Source of the DNA: a virus
Taxonomy: Duplodnaviria > Caudoviricetes
Reading direction: 5' to 3' (one strand)
IMG/VR virus record: IMGVR_UViG_3300029288_000063
Span: 189,103 to 253,102 of that record
Length of the DNA: 64,000 bases
The notes beneath the pieces are model-generated. The model saw nothing but the letters and a program-made list of their open reading frames with translations, ran no database searches and was not told where the DNA came from. Positions 9,352-24,106 of the stretch are shown in pieces; the stretch's first letter is position 1; each line of letters opens with the position of its first letter. The translations under genes and the position numbers were made by a program.

Positions 9352-9717
9352 ATGTCAGTATATGCAAGTAATGACATTCCAGCCAAGACAAGCAAGGTCC
9401 AAAAAGACGGATTTGAACTTGTAACGGCTGTGGCGAACTGTAACCCAATGTATTGGGTGCGTGAAGGTGAGGTTATCCGGGAAATGACAGAGACGGAAAA
9501 ACTGTCTGCTTATCCGGTAACCCAGCCGACAGATCAGGAAAATGCACTTTCCGAAATATCACAAAGGGATGATCTCGGTACTGACATCAGGATGCTGGAA
9601 GATGTTGTTGGTTGTCTTGTTTCCAAGGGTGTTATTACTCTTGAGGACTTGCCGGAAGCGGCACAGGTAAGGATTTTGGCTCGTCAATCAATCAGGACAC
9701 GAATCAGGGGTGAATAA
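9352..9717 (+). CDS. small fibre-associated protein (possible chaperone)
   Basis: AGGAGG RBS; follows the LamG gene; helical C-terminus. Confidence 0.55.
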   Translation: MSVYASNDIPAKTSKVQKDGFELVTAVANCNPMYWVREGEVIREMTETEKLSAYPVTQPTDQENALSEISQRDDLGTDIRMLEDVVGCLVSKGVITLEDLPEAAQVRILARQSIRTRIRGE

Positions 9718-9840
9718 ATATCTTTAGAAAAGAAACAACAAAATGAGAAAATTGCAGGCACGTATCTGAGCAACATTCGAATTGTCAATCGTGTGTTGGA
9801 TGTTTCAATAGCATTTTCTCCGATTCGTTGAGGGGTTTTT

Positions 9841-10179
9841 ATGTTTTGGCCGAAATGTATGACGTATGGCAACTGGGGTGGTCCGGGTTGGTGTGGTGGT
9901 CGGTATTTGTCGTCTGAAGAAAGAATGAGGATGACGGAAGAAGAGTATGCGGAATTATGGACTGTTCCGGCGCAAGACGAGATAGATGCATGTTTCAAAC
10001 GGCATGATTGGGAATATCAACACGGTTTTGATCGCGGTTTTGCCGATTTGAATTTGGTAAATAGTCTTGAATTGATAAATCCTGTTGGTTTGTGGTCAAA
10101 CGTTTATTGGTATGCAGCTATTGTCGTTTTTAGTCTTACTGGTTGTATTCGCAGGATTCGTTCTATTTTTAATAAATAA
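9841..10179 (+). CDS. phospholipase A2-like protein
   Basis: YGNWGGPG (Ca-binding loop) and DEIDACFKRHDWEY (HDxxY catalytic motif); hydrophobic C-terminal helix. Confidence 0.75.
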   Translation: MFWPKCMTYGNWGGPGWCGGRYLSSEERMRMTEEEYAELWTVPAQDEIDACFKRHDWEYQHGFDRGFADLNLVNSLELINPVGLWSNVYWYAAIVVFSLTGCIRRIRSIFNK

Positions 10180-10191
10180 ATTATTTTATAA

Positions 10192-16001
<5,810 letters not shown>

Positions 16002-16038
16002 ACTCCGTTAAACGGAAAATATTGATAGGAGAAAAAGA

Positions 16039-18273
16039 ATGAGATTTCATTTGCTTGGTCTGGCGCATCTTCCAACCCATAAAAAGTTTTCCCAGTGTGC
16101 CTATACGAACAAGATAGTGCGGCTATCCAAGATGCTTCGTGCGAAGGGTCACACTGTTATTTTTTATGGTGTGGAAGGGTCCGAAGTAGAGTGTGATGAG
16201 TTTGTTCAGGTGCTGTCCGAGAAAGAACGTGTCGCGTGTTATGGCGAATATGACATGAAGAAGGAATTCTTCAAGCTGGATGGTGGAGACGCGGCATATA
16301 CGACTTTTAATCTGAACACTATTGAAGAGATCAATAAACGCAAGGTTGAGAGGGACGTACTTTTGTGTTCGATGGGGTGTTGGCATCAACCCGTCGCAAA
16401 AGGTACTGGCGTTTTGGCAGTCGAGTCAGGCATTGGTTATGAAGGTGTTTTTTCTCATTTCAAGGTTTTCGAGTCATATGCATGGATGCATTGGATTTAT
16501 GGGAAGCGCAACATCGTAAACGGTGTATGGTTTGATTCCGTCATTCCGAATTATTTTGATCTTGAGTCTTTCCCATTCCAAGAGAAAAAGGGTGATTATG
16601 CTCTTTTTGTTGGACGACTTGTGCATCGGAAAGGTATAGATGTGGCGGTTGAGGTAACGCGGCGCTTGGGAATGGAATTGATTGTCGCCGGTCAGGGTTC
16701 GTTGGTGAATCCACGGGAAAAACTTAACATAACGTCGTCCCATGTCAAACATGTTGGGTGTGTTGGTCCTGAAGAACGTGCGCAGTTGATGGGTGGTGCG
16801 CGGGTTTGCTTTGCCCCGACGTATTATATTGAGCCGTTTGGTGGCGTTGCTGTTGAGGCTCAATTGTGCGTTCTTCCAAAGACAAATCTAGGACTGTCAA
16901 ATAAATATTTTGAGGACGCAAAAATAGGGGATTCTATAGAATCGGAGGTTGGAGTTGTAAAAGTTGTAGATACCATGAAGCGTGATTATTGCGGAGATGT
17001 ATTTACAATTAAAGGATTGTCAATGTTGCCATTCACTGTAACTCGTGGACATCAAGTTAAAACAGCGAAGGTGGAAAGAACATATAATCCAGAATTTAGG
17101 AAACAGGGGAAAATGTGCTACGTTCGTTCTGTTAAAGATGTTGCATGGAAGAACGTGGAGGATGTAAGTGATGAAGATTATTTAGTTATTCCTAAGAGTT
17201 CTATTGAAATAAAAAAAGAAGGTTTTGTGTTAGAATCAAAGACATATACGCAAAAAGAAAAAAAATACAAAGATGTATTTTTACCTATCAATGAAGACAC
17301 GATGAGGTTATTTGGTTATTATGTTGCAGAGGGTGGAAGCGCAGAAAATGCTGCCAAAATTTATTTTGGTTCTCATGAGCCAGATTTGGTGTCTGATGTT
17401 ATTGACATCATTGAAAGATATACTCCATATAAAGTAACAGTTAAAGAACTTGGAAGTGTGTTTCATATTTCTTTTGGGGGGAATGTGATAGCGAGATTTT
17501 TAAGAGAAAACTTTGGAAAAATATCCACGGAAAAAATGATTCCAGATTGGATTTTATATGCGCCTTTAGACTTGTTGGAATCATTTTTAAGAGCTTATAT
17601 TGATGGGGATGGCTGTTATACAGGAAGGGCTTTGTCAATTTCAACATCTTCTAAACTATTGGCTATGCAACTTCAAAAAGCATTTTTGAGGTTTGGAGTC
17701 TTGGTTTCAATAACGATAGATAATAGAGAAGGTGAAGTTAATATATGTGGAAGAACTTGTCATCAAAATGTTCGGTATCTTATTCGTTCAAAAACAAACA
17801 ATCTTTTTAATAATATTGAAAAAGGAAACAGACTTTGTTCTCGCTTCTTAGAAGATGATAAGGCTTTTTATGTTCCTGTTTCTTCTATTATTAAAGATAG
17901 TTATTCTGGTGAGGTTTACAACGTAACAACCGAAGATAGTACATATTGCTTGGGAAATGTTTTGGTTCATAATTGCGGGACTCCGGTGTTGACGTCGGAT
18001 TTTGGGGCGTTCACGGAGACGATTCAGCACGGGAAGACTGGCTTCCGTTGCCGCACGATTGAGGAGTTTGTTTGGGCTGCAAAGAACGCAGATAAACTGA
18101 AGCCAGAAGACTGCCGTGAGTGGGCAGCGGCGAATTATAGCATGGAACGTGTTTCGGATATGTATGAAGAATACTTTCACAGGATTGCCTCTTTATGGGG
18201 TGAGGGTTGGTATGCCGAAAATGAAGCGAGGATAGATTTGAACTGGCTTCGTAAGCACTACATAAATGATTAG
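16039..18273 (+). CDS. GT4-family glycosyltransferase containing an intein
   Basis: LFVGRLVHRKG, EPFGGVAVEAQL|intein|CGTPVLTSDFGAFTETI..GKTGF is a GT-B/GT4 signature. Confidence 0.92.
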   Translation: MRFHLLGLAHLPTHKKFSQCAYTNKIVRLSKMLRAKGHTVIFYGVEGSEVECDEFVQVLSEKERVACYGEYDMKKEFFKLDGGDAAYTTFNLNTIEEINKRKVERDVLLCSMGCWHQPVAKGTGVLAVESGIGYEGVFSHFKVFESYAWMHWIYGKRNIVNGVWFDSVIPNYFDLESFPFQEKKGDYALFVGRLVHRKGIDVAVEVTRRLGMELIVAGQGSLVNPREKLNITSSHVKHVGCVGPEERAQLMGGARVCFAPTYYIEPFGGVAVEAQLCVLPKTNLGLSNKYFEDAKIGDSIESEVGVVKVVDTMKRDYCGDVFTIKGLSMLPFTVTRGHQVKTAKVERTYNPEFRKQGKMCYVRSVKDVAWKNVEDVSDEDYLVIPKSSIEIKKEGFVLESKTYTQKEKKYKDVFLPINEDTMRLFGYYVAEGGSAENAAKIYFGSHEPDLVSDVIDIIERYTPYKVTVKELGSVFHISFGGNVIARFLRENFGKISTEKMIPDWILYAPLDLLESFLRAYIDGDGCYTGRALSISTSSKLLAMQLQKAFLRFGVLVSITIDNREGEVNICGRTCHQNVRYLIRSKTNNLFNNIEKGNRLCSRFLEDDKAFYVPVSSIIKDSYSGEVYNVTTEDSTYCLGNVLVHNCGTPVLTSDFGAFTETIQHGKTGFRCRTIEEFVWAAKNADKLKPEDCREWAAANYSMERVSDMYEEYFHRIASLWGEGWYAENEARIDLNWLRKHYIND
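16867..17973 (+). mobile_element. intein with LAGLIDADG homing endonuclease (369 aa) in the glycosyltransferase
   Basis: Starts CVLPKT; block B VTRGH; LFGYYVAEG and FLRAYIDGDG; ends VYNVTT..LVHN followed by Cys; visibly AT-richer than flanks. Confidence 0.93.
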
Positions 18274-18466
18274 CTCTCAAACGGGGAGGTGTGTCGTGGG
18301 GTTGTTGATGTTGGTTACCGTTCTGTATTTTTGTTATGTTTTTGTTGTTCTGAGGTAAATACAAATTCTTCTAAAATAATTTTATAAGCACCTAAGAGTG
18401 TGGGTGTGCCTTTGGATGTTCATGAAGGTACACCGTGGTTCTTTTTTTGGAAAAAGGAGGTGTGCT

Positions 18467-19090
18467 ATGGCCGGAACGACTAAGGCTAACTGGCAGCAGT
18501 ATTCGCGGTGGGGCTGGGTTATTGCTCGTACGATGAGGATTAACCAGCCGGATCAGGTGAGAAAGTCCTATGAATACAACATTGTTGGAGTTGATGGTGG
18601 GGCGTTTCTCATTGAGGGGAATCACACTCTTGAATTGATGTCTGGTGATACTTTCGTCGTGAAAGATTCGACTGGAAACGACGGAACGTATACTGTTGAC
18701 GAATCTGCGAGTTACGACGAACCTACTAACCGCACAACAGTTCTTGCAACTGAAGAAGCGCCGGATGAAACCGTAGATGGCGTTCTGGAAGTATCCAATA
18801 TGGAAGAGACTGTCGTTCGTCGCTTTGTTAAGTATATTTGGGACACGGCGACTCATACCGGTTCTCGCCCGTGGTTGGATTGGAAGTTCGTTGGTGATGG
18901 TACGCAGGGTGCCGGTTACAATCCGGGCGACAGCGCGAACGAACCCGTTCACGTTCTCGTGAAGTTGCTTCAGCACTCTGTTCGTGACCTGAAGAAAACC
19001 CCGTTGACCGAAGCGGAGCGTCCGCTTGTTGAAGCATTGTTTGCTGGAACGGGCAACCGTCGTTTTGGCGATATGGGGAATCTGGTCTAA
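18467..19090 (+). CDS. hypothetical, probably virion structural protein
   Basis: Strong AAGGAGG RBS; located in the structural region. Confidence 0.65.
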   Translation: MAGTTKANWQQYSRWGWVIARTMRINQPDQVRKSYEYNIVGVDGGAFLIEGNHTLELMSGDTFVVKDSTGNDGTYTVDESASYDEPTNRTTVLATEEAPDETVDGVLEVSNMEETVVRRFVKYIWDTATHTGSRPWLDWKFVGDGTQGAGYNPGDSANEPVHVLVKLLQHSVRDLKKTPLTEAERPLVEALFAGTGNRRFGDMGNLV

Positions 19091-19142
19091 AAGAAAAAAG
19101 TCGGCCGCATAGGGTGGTCGAAAAATATGAAGGAGATGTGTT

Positions 19143-19892
19143 ATGGCGAATAAGAGTGAACCTGTTGTATCGAATGGAAAGGTTGAGAAGTGGGTGATCT
19201 GCCGGACCGTTCATCTTGGCATCACACGCGATTCGTTTTCTCCGGGAACTGTTATCGAGCATTATCCGGAAGAGATGTCCGTTGTCATCGAAGGGAAGCG
19301 TTACGACAGCGACAGGGATTTGCTGGCATTGAGGAAGCTTGAGGAGAAGACGGGTCAGCAGTGGATTGTTCCGTTTTCCGCAAAGGCTGTTGCCGAAGCC
19401 CGCAAGGTTCCCGGTGTATTGGCGAAGGATAAGCCGCCTATGCCGGGAGAGGGTCATGATAAGATGCCTGTCGTGAAATGTGACAGCGACGAATTGGGAG
19501 AAATTGACATCAGTGCAACCAAGCAGCGTCCGCACACGCAAAAGGACACCGGGAAGAAGATGGAAGTCATTCGTGGTGACGAGTCGGCAGAAGATAGGAT
19601 TGCTCGTTTGCAGAATGAAATCCCGAAGATGCAGGTTGTTCGCGATGACTCCCTTGGTGATATTTCCGGTCCGAGTCTGAACATCGGTGGTGTAAAAACT
19701 CCGCCTCCCGGTAAAGAAGCTCAGATTCATGCTCCGAAAACTGTTACTTCGTCGGTTGACACTGAAGTTTTGCCGAGTGATGTCGAGGTTGCCAAGACGC
19801 CGTCTATTTCAAAAACAGAGCCAGTGAAGCGTGGTCCGGGTCGCCCGCGTAAGGCGAAGCAGGTTGTGGGGGGCAAAGATGGCTCTGTTTGA
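19143..19892 (+). CDS. hypothetical protein with low-complexity tail ending in an AT-hook
   Basis: AGGAG RBS; C-terminal KRGPGRPRKAK; N-terminus weakly similar to the fibre N-terminal domain. Confidence 0.65.
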   Translation: MANKSEPVVSNGKVEKWVICRTVHLGITRDSFSPGTVIEHYPEEMSVVIEGKRYDSDRDLLALRKLEEKTGQQWIVPFSAKAVAEARKVPGVLAKDKPPMPGEGHDKMPVVKCDSDELGEIDISATKQRPHTQKDTGKKMEVIRGDESAEDRIARLQNEIPKMQVVRDDSLGDISGPSLNIGGVKTPPPGKEAQIHAPKTVTSSVDTEVLPSDVEVAKTPSISKTEPVKRGPGRPRKAKQVVGGKDGSV

Positions 19893-20142
19893 CTATAAGT
19901 GTGAATCCTGCGGGGAAGTCCTTGAAAGGGACTTCCCTGTGGGTAAAGCTCCTCAAACTATTAAGTGCTCCTGTGGTGAGTCTGCCGGTCGTTTTTATGG
20001 GAGTGTGAGTTTTGTGCTAAAGGGCAGTGGTTGGCCATCGCAGACACATCGCCGGAAGGCGGAGGGTCTTGCGGCGAATGAAGCTGCCGGTCGTCGGATG
20101 CGCAAATCTCATTCGTCTCCTAAATTGATTGATCAGCGGTAG
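19879..20142 (+). CDS. FmdB-family zinc-ribbon protein
   Basis: MALFDYKCESCG...CSCG...FVLKGSGW. Confidence 0.85.
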   Translation: MALFDYKCESCGEVLERDFPVGKAPQTIKCSCGESAGRFYGSVSFVLKGSGWPSQTHRRKAEGLAANEAAGRRMRKSHSSPKLIDQR

Positions 20143-20159
20143 CCAAGGGGGTATCAGGA

Positions 20160-20438
20160 ATGAACCCTATGTTTAACGCAGACGATCAGGAAGAAGTTGT
20201 TCTTTATAGAACATCGGATATTCATTTCGCGAGTTTTCTTGGCGCGTTGGATGTTCCGTTGGTTAACACCGAGAGGGAAGAATCCGGCGATGGACGCACG
20301 AAGGTAATGTTTGTGTTTCGGGTTCCGTCGAGTTCGCTGCGTCAGTTGAAGGCGCAGTATTTTGGTGGAACGGGTACGGTGAAGGTTCAGAAGTTTGTGC
20401 AGCAGTTGCGCAGCTTGAAATCTATGTGTTTTACGTAG
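20160..20438 (+). CDS. DUF5659-like small phage protein
   Basis: YRTSDIHFASFL...VMFVF pattern. Confidence 0.6.
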   Translation: MNPMFNADDQEEVVLYRTSDIHFASFLGALDVPLVNTEREESGDGRTKVMFVFRVPSSSLRQLKAQYFGGTGTVKVQKFVQQLRSLKSMCFT

Positions 20439-20505
20439 GCTGTTGTCCTGTAAGGACAAAAGGCAATCGGTTCGCCGGATAGACTTCACTTGATGAGGTA
20501 AGAAT

Positions 20506-21261
20506 ATGCCCGTATTTCCCGGAACATTCATCAACACCGAGGCGGTTGGTATCGTGCGCTATGATAACATCATAGACAACCTACTTACGCCTCGTTTGAT
20601 TGCGTTTCGTGAGGTCAAGGTATATGACGAGGTAAGCACCTTGTTATCGGATGGTTTGACTTGGCGTCAGACGTACGGCAACTGGAACTCGACGTTTCCC
20701 TTTACTTTTGTGAAAAATGGTGCCGAGGTTGTCACTCCTTTGGTTGTTGATTATGTTGCCGGGAGTTTTCAGTCCGGGTCGGTATCGGCGGGTGACAGTT
20801 TTCGCAGTTCGTATTGCTTTGATTATTTCCCTGCCCCGGTGTTAAAGGGATATCTCGATACTGTTGTTGATATTGTCAATACGGGCGCATATGGTCCTCC
20901 TACCGGTTATTCTATCGAAACGATGCCTCCTTGGTGGGATGGTGTTGTTGTAGACCTTGTTGTAGCCATGTGTATGGAACGGTTGATTACCGACTACACA
21001 ATGTGGCGTGGTCGCTTGATTTTTGCAATTTCTGGCAATCAACTTGAGGATGGTGGAGGAGACATCGTTGGACAGCTTGAGACAATCAAGCGGAACGCTG
21101 AAGAGCGTGCGTACAAGACGATGGAAAATGAGAAATTCAAGAGTGGGAACTATTTGGCTCCTCCAACATCTATTTATTACAATGCGATTCGTGGTACGGG
21201 TCGTGGTGGAATGCATAGTTATGGAAGAACAAGGGGATGGCGTCCGAATCGTTGGATATAA
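20506..21261 (+). CDS. putative head-tail connector/neck protein
   Basis: Context; helical connector-like C-terminal half. Confidence 0.5.
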   Translation: MPVFPGTFINTEAVGIVRYDNIIDNLLTPRLIAFREVKVYDEVSTLLSDGLTWRQTYGNWNSTFPFTFVKNGAEVVTPLVVDYVAGSFQSGSVSAGDSFRSSYCFDYFPAPVLKGYLDTVVDIVNTGAYGPPTGYSIETMPPWWDGVVVDLVVAMCMERLITDYTMWRGRLIFAISGNQLEDGGGDIVGQLETIKRNAEERAYKTMENEKFKSGNYLAPPTSIYYNAIRGTGRGGMHSYGRTRGWRPNRWI

Positions 21262-21295
21262 ATTTTATATCTGACGTTTGTTGAAAGGAAAAATC

Positions 21296-21724
21296 ATGAA
21301 TCGTGTTTTGATTGCGAAAGAAATAATGGCAATTGCCCGTATCCTTACGAGCACGGAGTTTGACTCTCAGGAGGCTATGAATAAATATTTGAGAGAGCAC
21401 CCTGATGCCGACCGCTCAAAGCATTCTGTCAAGAAGCCTGCCGGTGGCGGTTCCGGGGGTTCGGGCGGCCCGGGCGGTAAGAAGGTGAAGCCGCACAAGT
21501 CTTTGGGAGAACTGCTTGGTCAGTGGCATTCCTCTGGGAGCGACCCTATTTATCAGGTGTCGTCCCATGCGTCGGGAGGTCACGAGGTTGACCATGATGT
21601 TGCAGTGAAAGCCCTGTCCCGTGTCAATCAGTTGTTGGAACGTGACGATGTGAAGAGTAACAAATCGGATGCCGCTCAGCTTGGAAAAGCAAAGAAGCTT
21701 TTGGAGCAGGCGGTTGGGAAATAG
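21296..21724 (+). CDS. hypothetical protein with IAxEL-type leader
   Basis: MNRVLIAKEIMAIARILTS followed by EFDSQEAMNKYLREHPDAD module and Gly linker. Confidence 0.75.
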   Translation: MNRVLIAKEIMAIARILTSTEFDSQEAMNKYLREHPDADRSKHSVKKPAGGGSGGSGGPGGKKVKPHKSLGELLGQWHSSGSDPIYQVSSHASGGHEVDHDVAVKALSRVNQLLERDDVKSNKSDAAQLGKAKKLLEQAVGK

Positions 21725-21747
21725 GTTTTATACGAACGGGAATCGTT

Positions 21748-22074
21748 ATGGGTATTGATGTCGGACAAGAACTCAAAGAGATTCGGAACCTTATCGGTTC
21801 GGCCTGCATCATGGAGTCTGTGCGCCAAGAGGTTCGTGCGGCACTCCAAGATGGCAAAGCGATGATTCTTGACGGCGAACATGCCCAGTCGAGGGTTTCT
21901 GGTTCTTCGGGGTTTGATGTGGTTGTGATAGTATCGTCGATAAATGATGATGTGGTTGAATCTTTGGCTAGACGTTTACGTGCACGTATTCCAGATGCCG
22001 AAATCAAACGTATTGGTGTAGATGGCGTGCTTGGGGTTCGCGGTTCGCGTCGCGGTTCGAGGGGCACAAAATGA
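21748..22074 (+). CDS. hypothetical protein with leader-like N-terminus
   Basis: MGIDVGQELKEIRNLIGS. Confidence 0.65.
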   Translation: MGIDVGQELKEIRNLIGSACIMESVRQEVRAALQDGKAMILDGEHAQSRVSGSSGFDVVVIVSSINDDVVESLARRLRARIPDAEIKRIGVDGVLGVRGSRRGSRGTK

Positions 22075-22694
22075 ACAAAACTATGATTGCGTCTGAGATT
22101 CTGCGCTGTGCTAAGATGCTTGTTGGATGGGGGAAGCCGATGCCCCGGTCGTTCCATATTCCGAAAGACGCCCAGCCGACGAAAGATGTTGGTGGGACGG
22201 ATTTGGAAATCTGGACGTACGAGGGTGTGAATCCACGCGGACCGTATTTCGGTGGGATTGCGTTTGCCGGTAAGGCGCAGAAGCCGTTGTGGCATTACAC
22301 GTTCCAGTCCGAGGACAAGCGTAGCGACTACATCAAGAAGACGATTGACCAGCGGAAGATGATTATGGATGTCAAAAACAAAGAGCGCGAGGAGCGTCGT
22401 AACTTCAAGCACTCGCTGAATGTTGGCGATATCCTGTATGACACGTGGGGTTATGACCAGACGAACGTGGACTTCTATCAGGTTGTCGCCGTTGGTGAGA
22501 AGTCTGTCAAGATTCGTCCTATTTCCAGCAGGAATACGGATGATAGTCACGTTGTTCCGCTCCCGGATAAGTTTACAGGTCCGGCTGAACTAAAAGTTGT
22601 TGGTCGTGGCAATCATGTTCGTGTTCATTCGGGTGCGGCTGGTCCGTGGGAAGGTCGTCCCGTGTATGAGACTCCATTTGGCATGGGTCACTGA
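22071..22694 (+). CDS. hypothetical protein: leader plus a mobile-element domain (GDIL..WGYDQTNVDFYQV)
   Basis: MNKTMIASEILRCAKMLVG leader; FAGKAQKP and WGYDQTNVDFYQV motifs recalled from phage/plasmid hypothetical proteins. Confidence 0.75.
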   Translation: MNKTMIASEILRCAKMLVGWGKPMPRSFHIPKDAQPTKDVGGTDLEIWTYEGVNPRGPYFGGIAFAGKAQKPLWHYTFQSEDKRSDYIKKTIDQRKMIMDVKNKEREERRNFKHSLNVGDILYDTWGYDQTNVDFYQVVAVGEKSVKIRPISSRNTDDSHVVPLPDKFTGPAELKVVGRGNHVRVHSGAAGPWEGRPVYETPFGMGH

Positions 22695-22711
22695 TGAGTA
22701 GGGGATAGTGG

Positions 22712-23200
22712 ATGCCGGATATTTCGAGCACGACAGGGAGGGAATTTTATAGTGGGTCATGGGAGGATATCCGTGACCTTTGTCGTGTTTTGAATATCGG
22801 AGAAGGTAAGCTTGCCACCATTACCCAGCAGACCGTAAACAAGTTTCAAGAGATGGTTGATAGAGAGATTGATGGCATTCTTGAGGATATGTATTGGGTT
22901 CCTCTTATTCAGATAAATCAGTATCAACCTGATGGAACCACAAAGTTGATCTTTCCCGGTTCGTTGAGACGTCTTGCGCGTTATTGGTCTGCCGGTTTGT
23001 TGTTGCAGGTTCAGTTTCAGGGTGTTGACCCGAACATAAACGAATCGGCGAGTGCGTTTATCGAGGATAGTCGAAAAGAGGTCTTCAAGCTTCGTCGCAT
23101 GACGAATAGATTGCCCGGTCAGCGGTTTAAATCTGCCCACATGGGGCATACGATGCCGCCGACAATGATGCCGCCGGTTATCCCGGAACAAGATTGGTAA
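22712..23200 (+). CDS. head-tail adaptor, Mu gp36/DUF1320-like
   Basis: EIDGILEDMYWVPL...PGSLRRLARYWSAGLL resembles IDxYLxxRYxLPL...PxxL. Confidence 0.6.
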   Translation: MPDISSTTGREFYSGSWEDIRDLCRVLNIGEGKLATITQQTVNKFQEMVDREIDGILEDMYWVPLIQINQYQPDGTTKLIFPGSLRRLARYWSAGLLLQVQFQGVDPNINESASAFIEDSRKEVFKLRRMTNRLPGQRFKSAHMGHTMPPTMMPPVIPEQDW

Positions 23201-23211
23201 GGGGGGTTGTA

Positions 23212-23568
23212 ATGGCACAGTTTGTTGACCCGAAGGCAGTTTTGAAGACTGATTTCACGGATATTCGTGCCTTGGAGCGTGCGGTTCGTCAGGCGTTGGC
23301 GGCTGAAGAGGAAGCTGTGTCGTTGTACGAGACGATTGCCGACTCCACAGATGTTGACATCGCAAAGAAGGTTTTGCAGGACATCGCCGACGAGGAGAAG
23401 GTCCACGCCGGAGAGCTGTATCGCCTGTTGGAAATTCTTACGGATGGTGAAGAGTCTGATTTCTTCCAAGAGGGTGTTGACGAGGTCGATGAGGGCAAAG
23501 TTGCGTCGATTGCCGGGCGTGTTGCGCACTCTATGATGCCGCGTTATCTCGGAGGAAAGGACAAATGA
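23212..23568 (+). CDS. ferritin-like/rubrerythrin half-bundle protein (encapsulin-cargo type)
   Basis: AVRQALAAEEEAVSLY...VLQDIADEEKVHAGEL (E..ExxH di-iron ligands); C-terminal tail VASIAGRVAHS. Confidence 0.85.
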   Translation: MAQFVDPKAVLKTDFTDIRALERAVRQALAAEEEAVSLYETIADSTDVDIAKKVLQDIADEEKVHAGELYRLLEILTDGEESDFFQEGVDEVDEGKVASIAGRVAHSMMPRYLGGKDK

Positions 23569-24044
23569 GGGGACGTCGGGCGATTCCGTGGCTTGTCAAT
23601 GTCGACTGTTGTGGGCATCGGGTCAATTTTGACCAAGAGCTTGAGAAGTATGGTACGGGTGTTTTGAATCCGAAATACGAGAAGGCGCTGGAACGGTTTT
23701 TCAAGACCAAAGACAAGAAGGTAATGTTGCAAAAAGCACTTCGTGCTGATAGGGTTCCTGTGTGGTGCGAAAAATGTCGCACCATAGAAGTTGTGGATGT
23801 GGATTCTGGTGATTGTGTCAGTGGTTGTTCTATAAGGAGAGGTTCGATGTCGAATATTAACCAACGTGTCGCCGAAGAATTGATTGGTTTGGCGAAATTG
23901 TTGTTGTCTGATGGTGTTCAGGTTAGTCGTGGTCGTGGTCTTGGTCGTGGTATGCGTTGCGGGCCACAAAATGGTTTGGGTTTCCGTTCCGGTCCTCAGG
24001 ATGGTTCTGGAAACAACCCAAACTGTCCTATTAACAAGGATTGA
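23565..24044 (+). CDS. Cys-containing hypothetical protein with an internal in-frame start at 23847 (65-aa leader plus Gly/Arg-rich peptide)
   Basis: N-terminal part has CCGH..CEKC. AAGGAGAGG RBS precedes ATG 23847, which reads MSNINQRVAEELIGLAKLLLS then GRGLGRG..GPQDGSG. Confidence 0.6.
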   Translation: MRGRRAIPWLVNVDCCGHRVNFDQELEKYGTGVLNPKYEKALERFFKTKDKKVMLQKALRADRVPVWCEKCRTIEVVDVDSGDCVSGCSIRRGSMSNINQRVAEELIGLAKLLLSDGVQVSRGRGLGRGMRCGPQNGLGFRSGPQDGSGNNPNCPINKD

Positions 24045-24106
24045 ATATACTTATGCGGTTGTTATGTTTTGGGGAAAACCATCAGCAATATCAAAGGAGT
24101 AGTTTC

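Noticed and set aside
18266-18358. 30-aa hydrophobic ORF as a holin or membrane peptide
   Set aside because: Too short and T-rich to distinguish from chance, although a GGAGG is present
23212-23568. Bacterial encapsulin operon
   Set aside because: No encapsulin shell gene nearby; the context is phage neck genes
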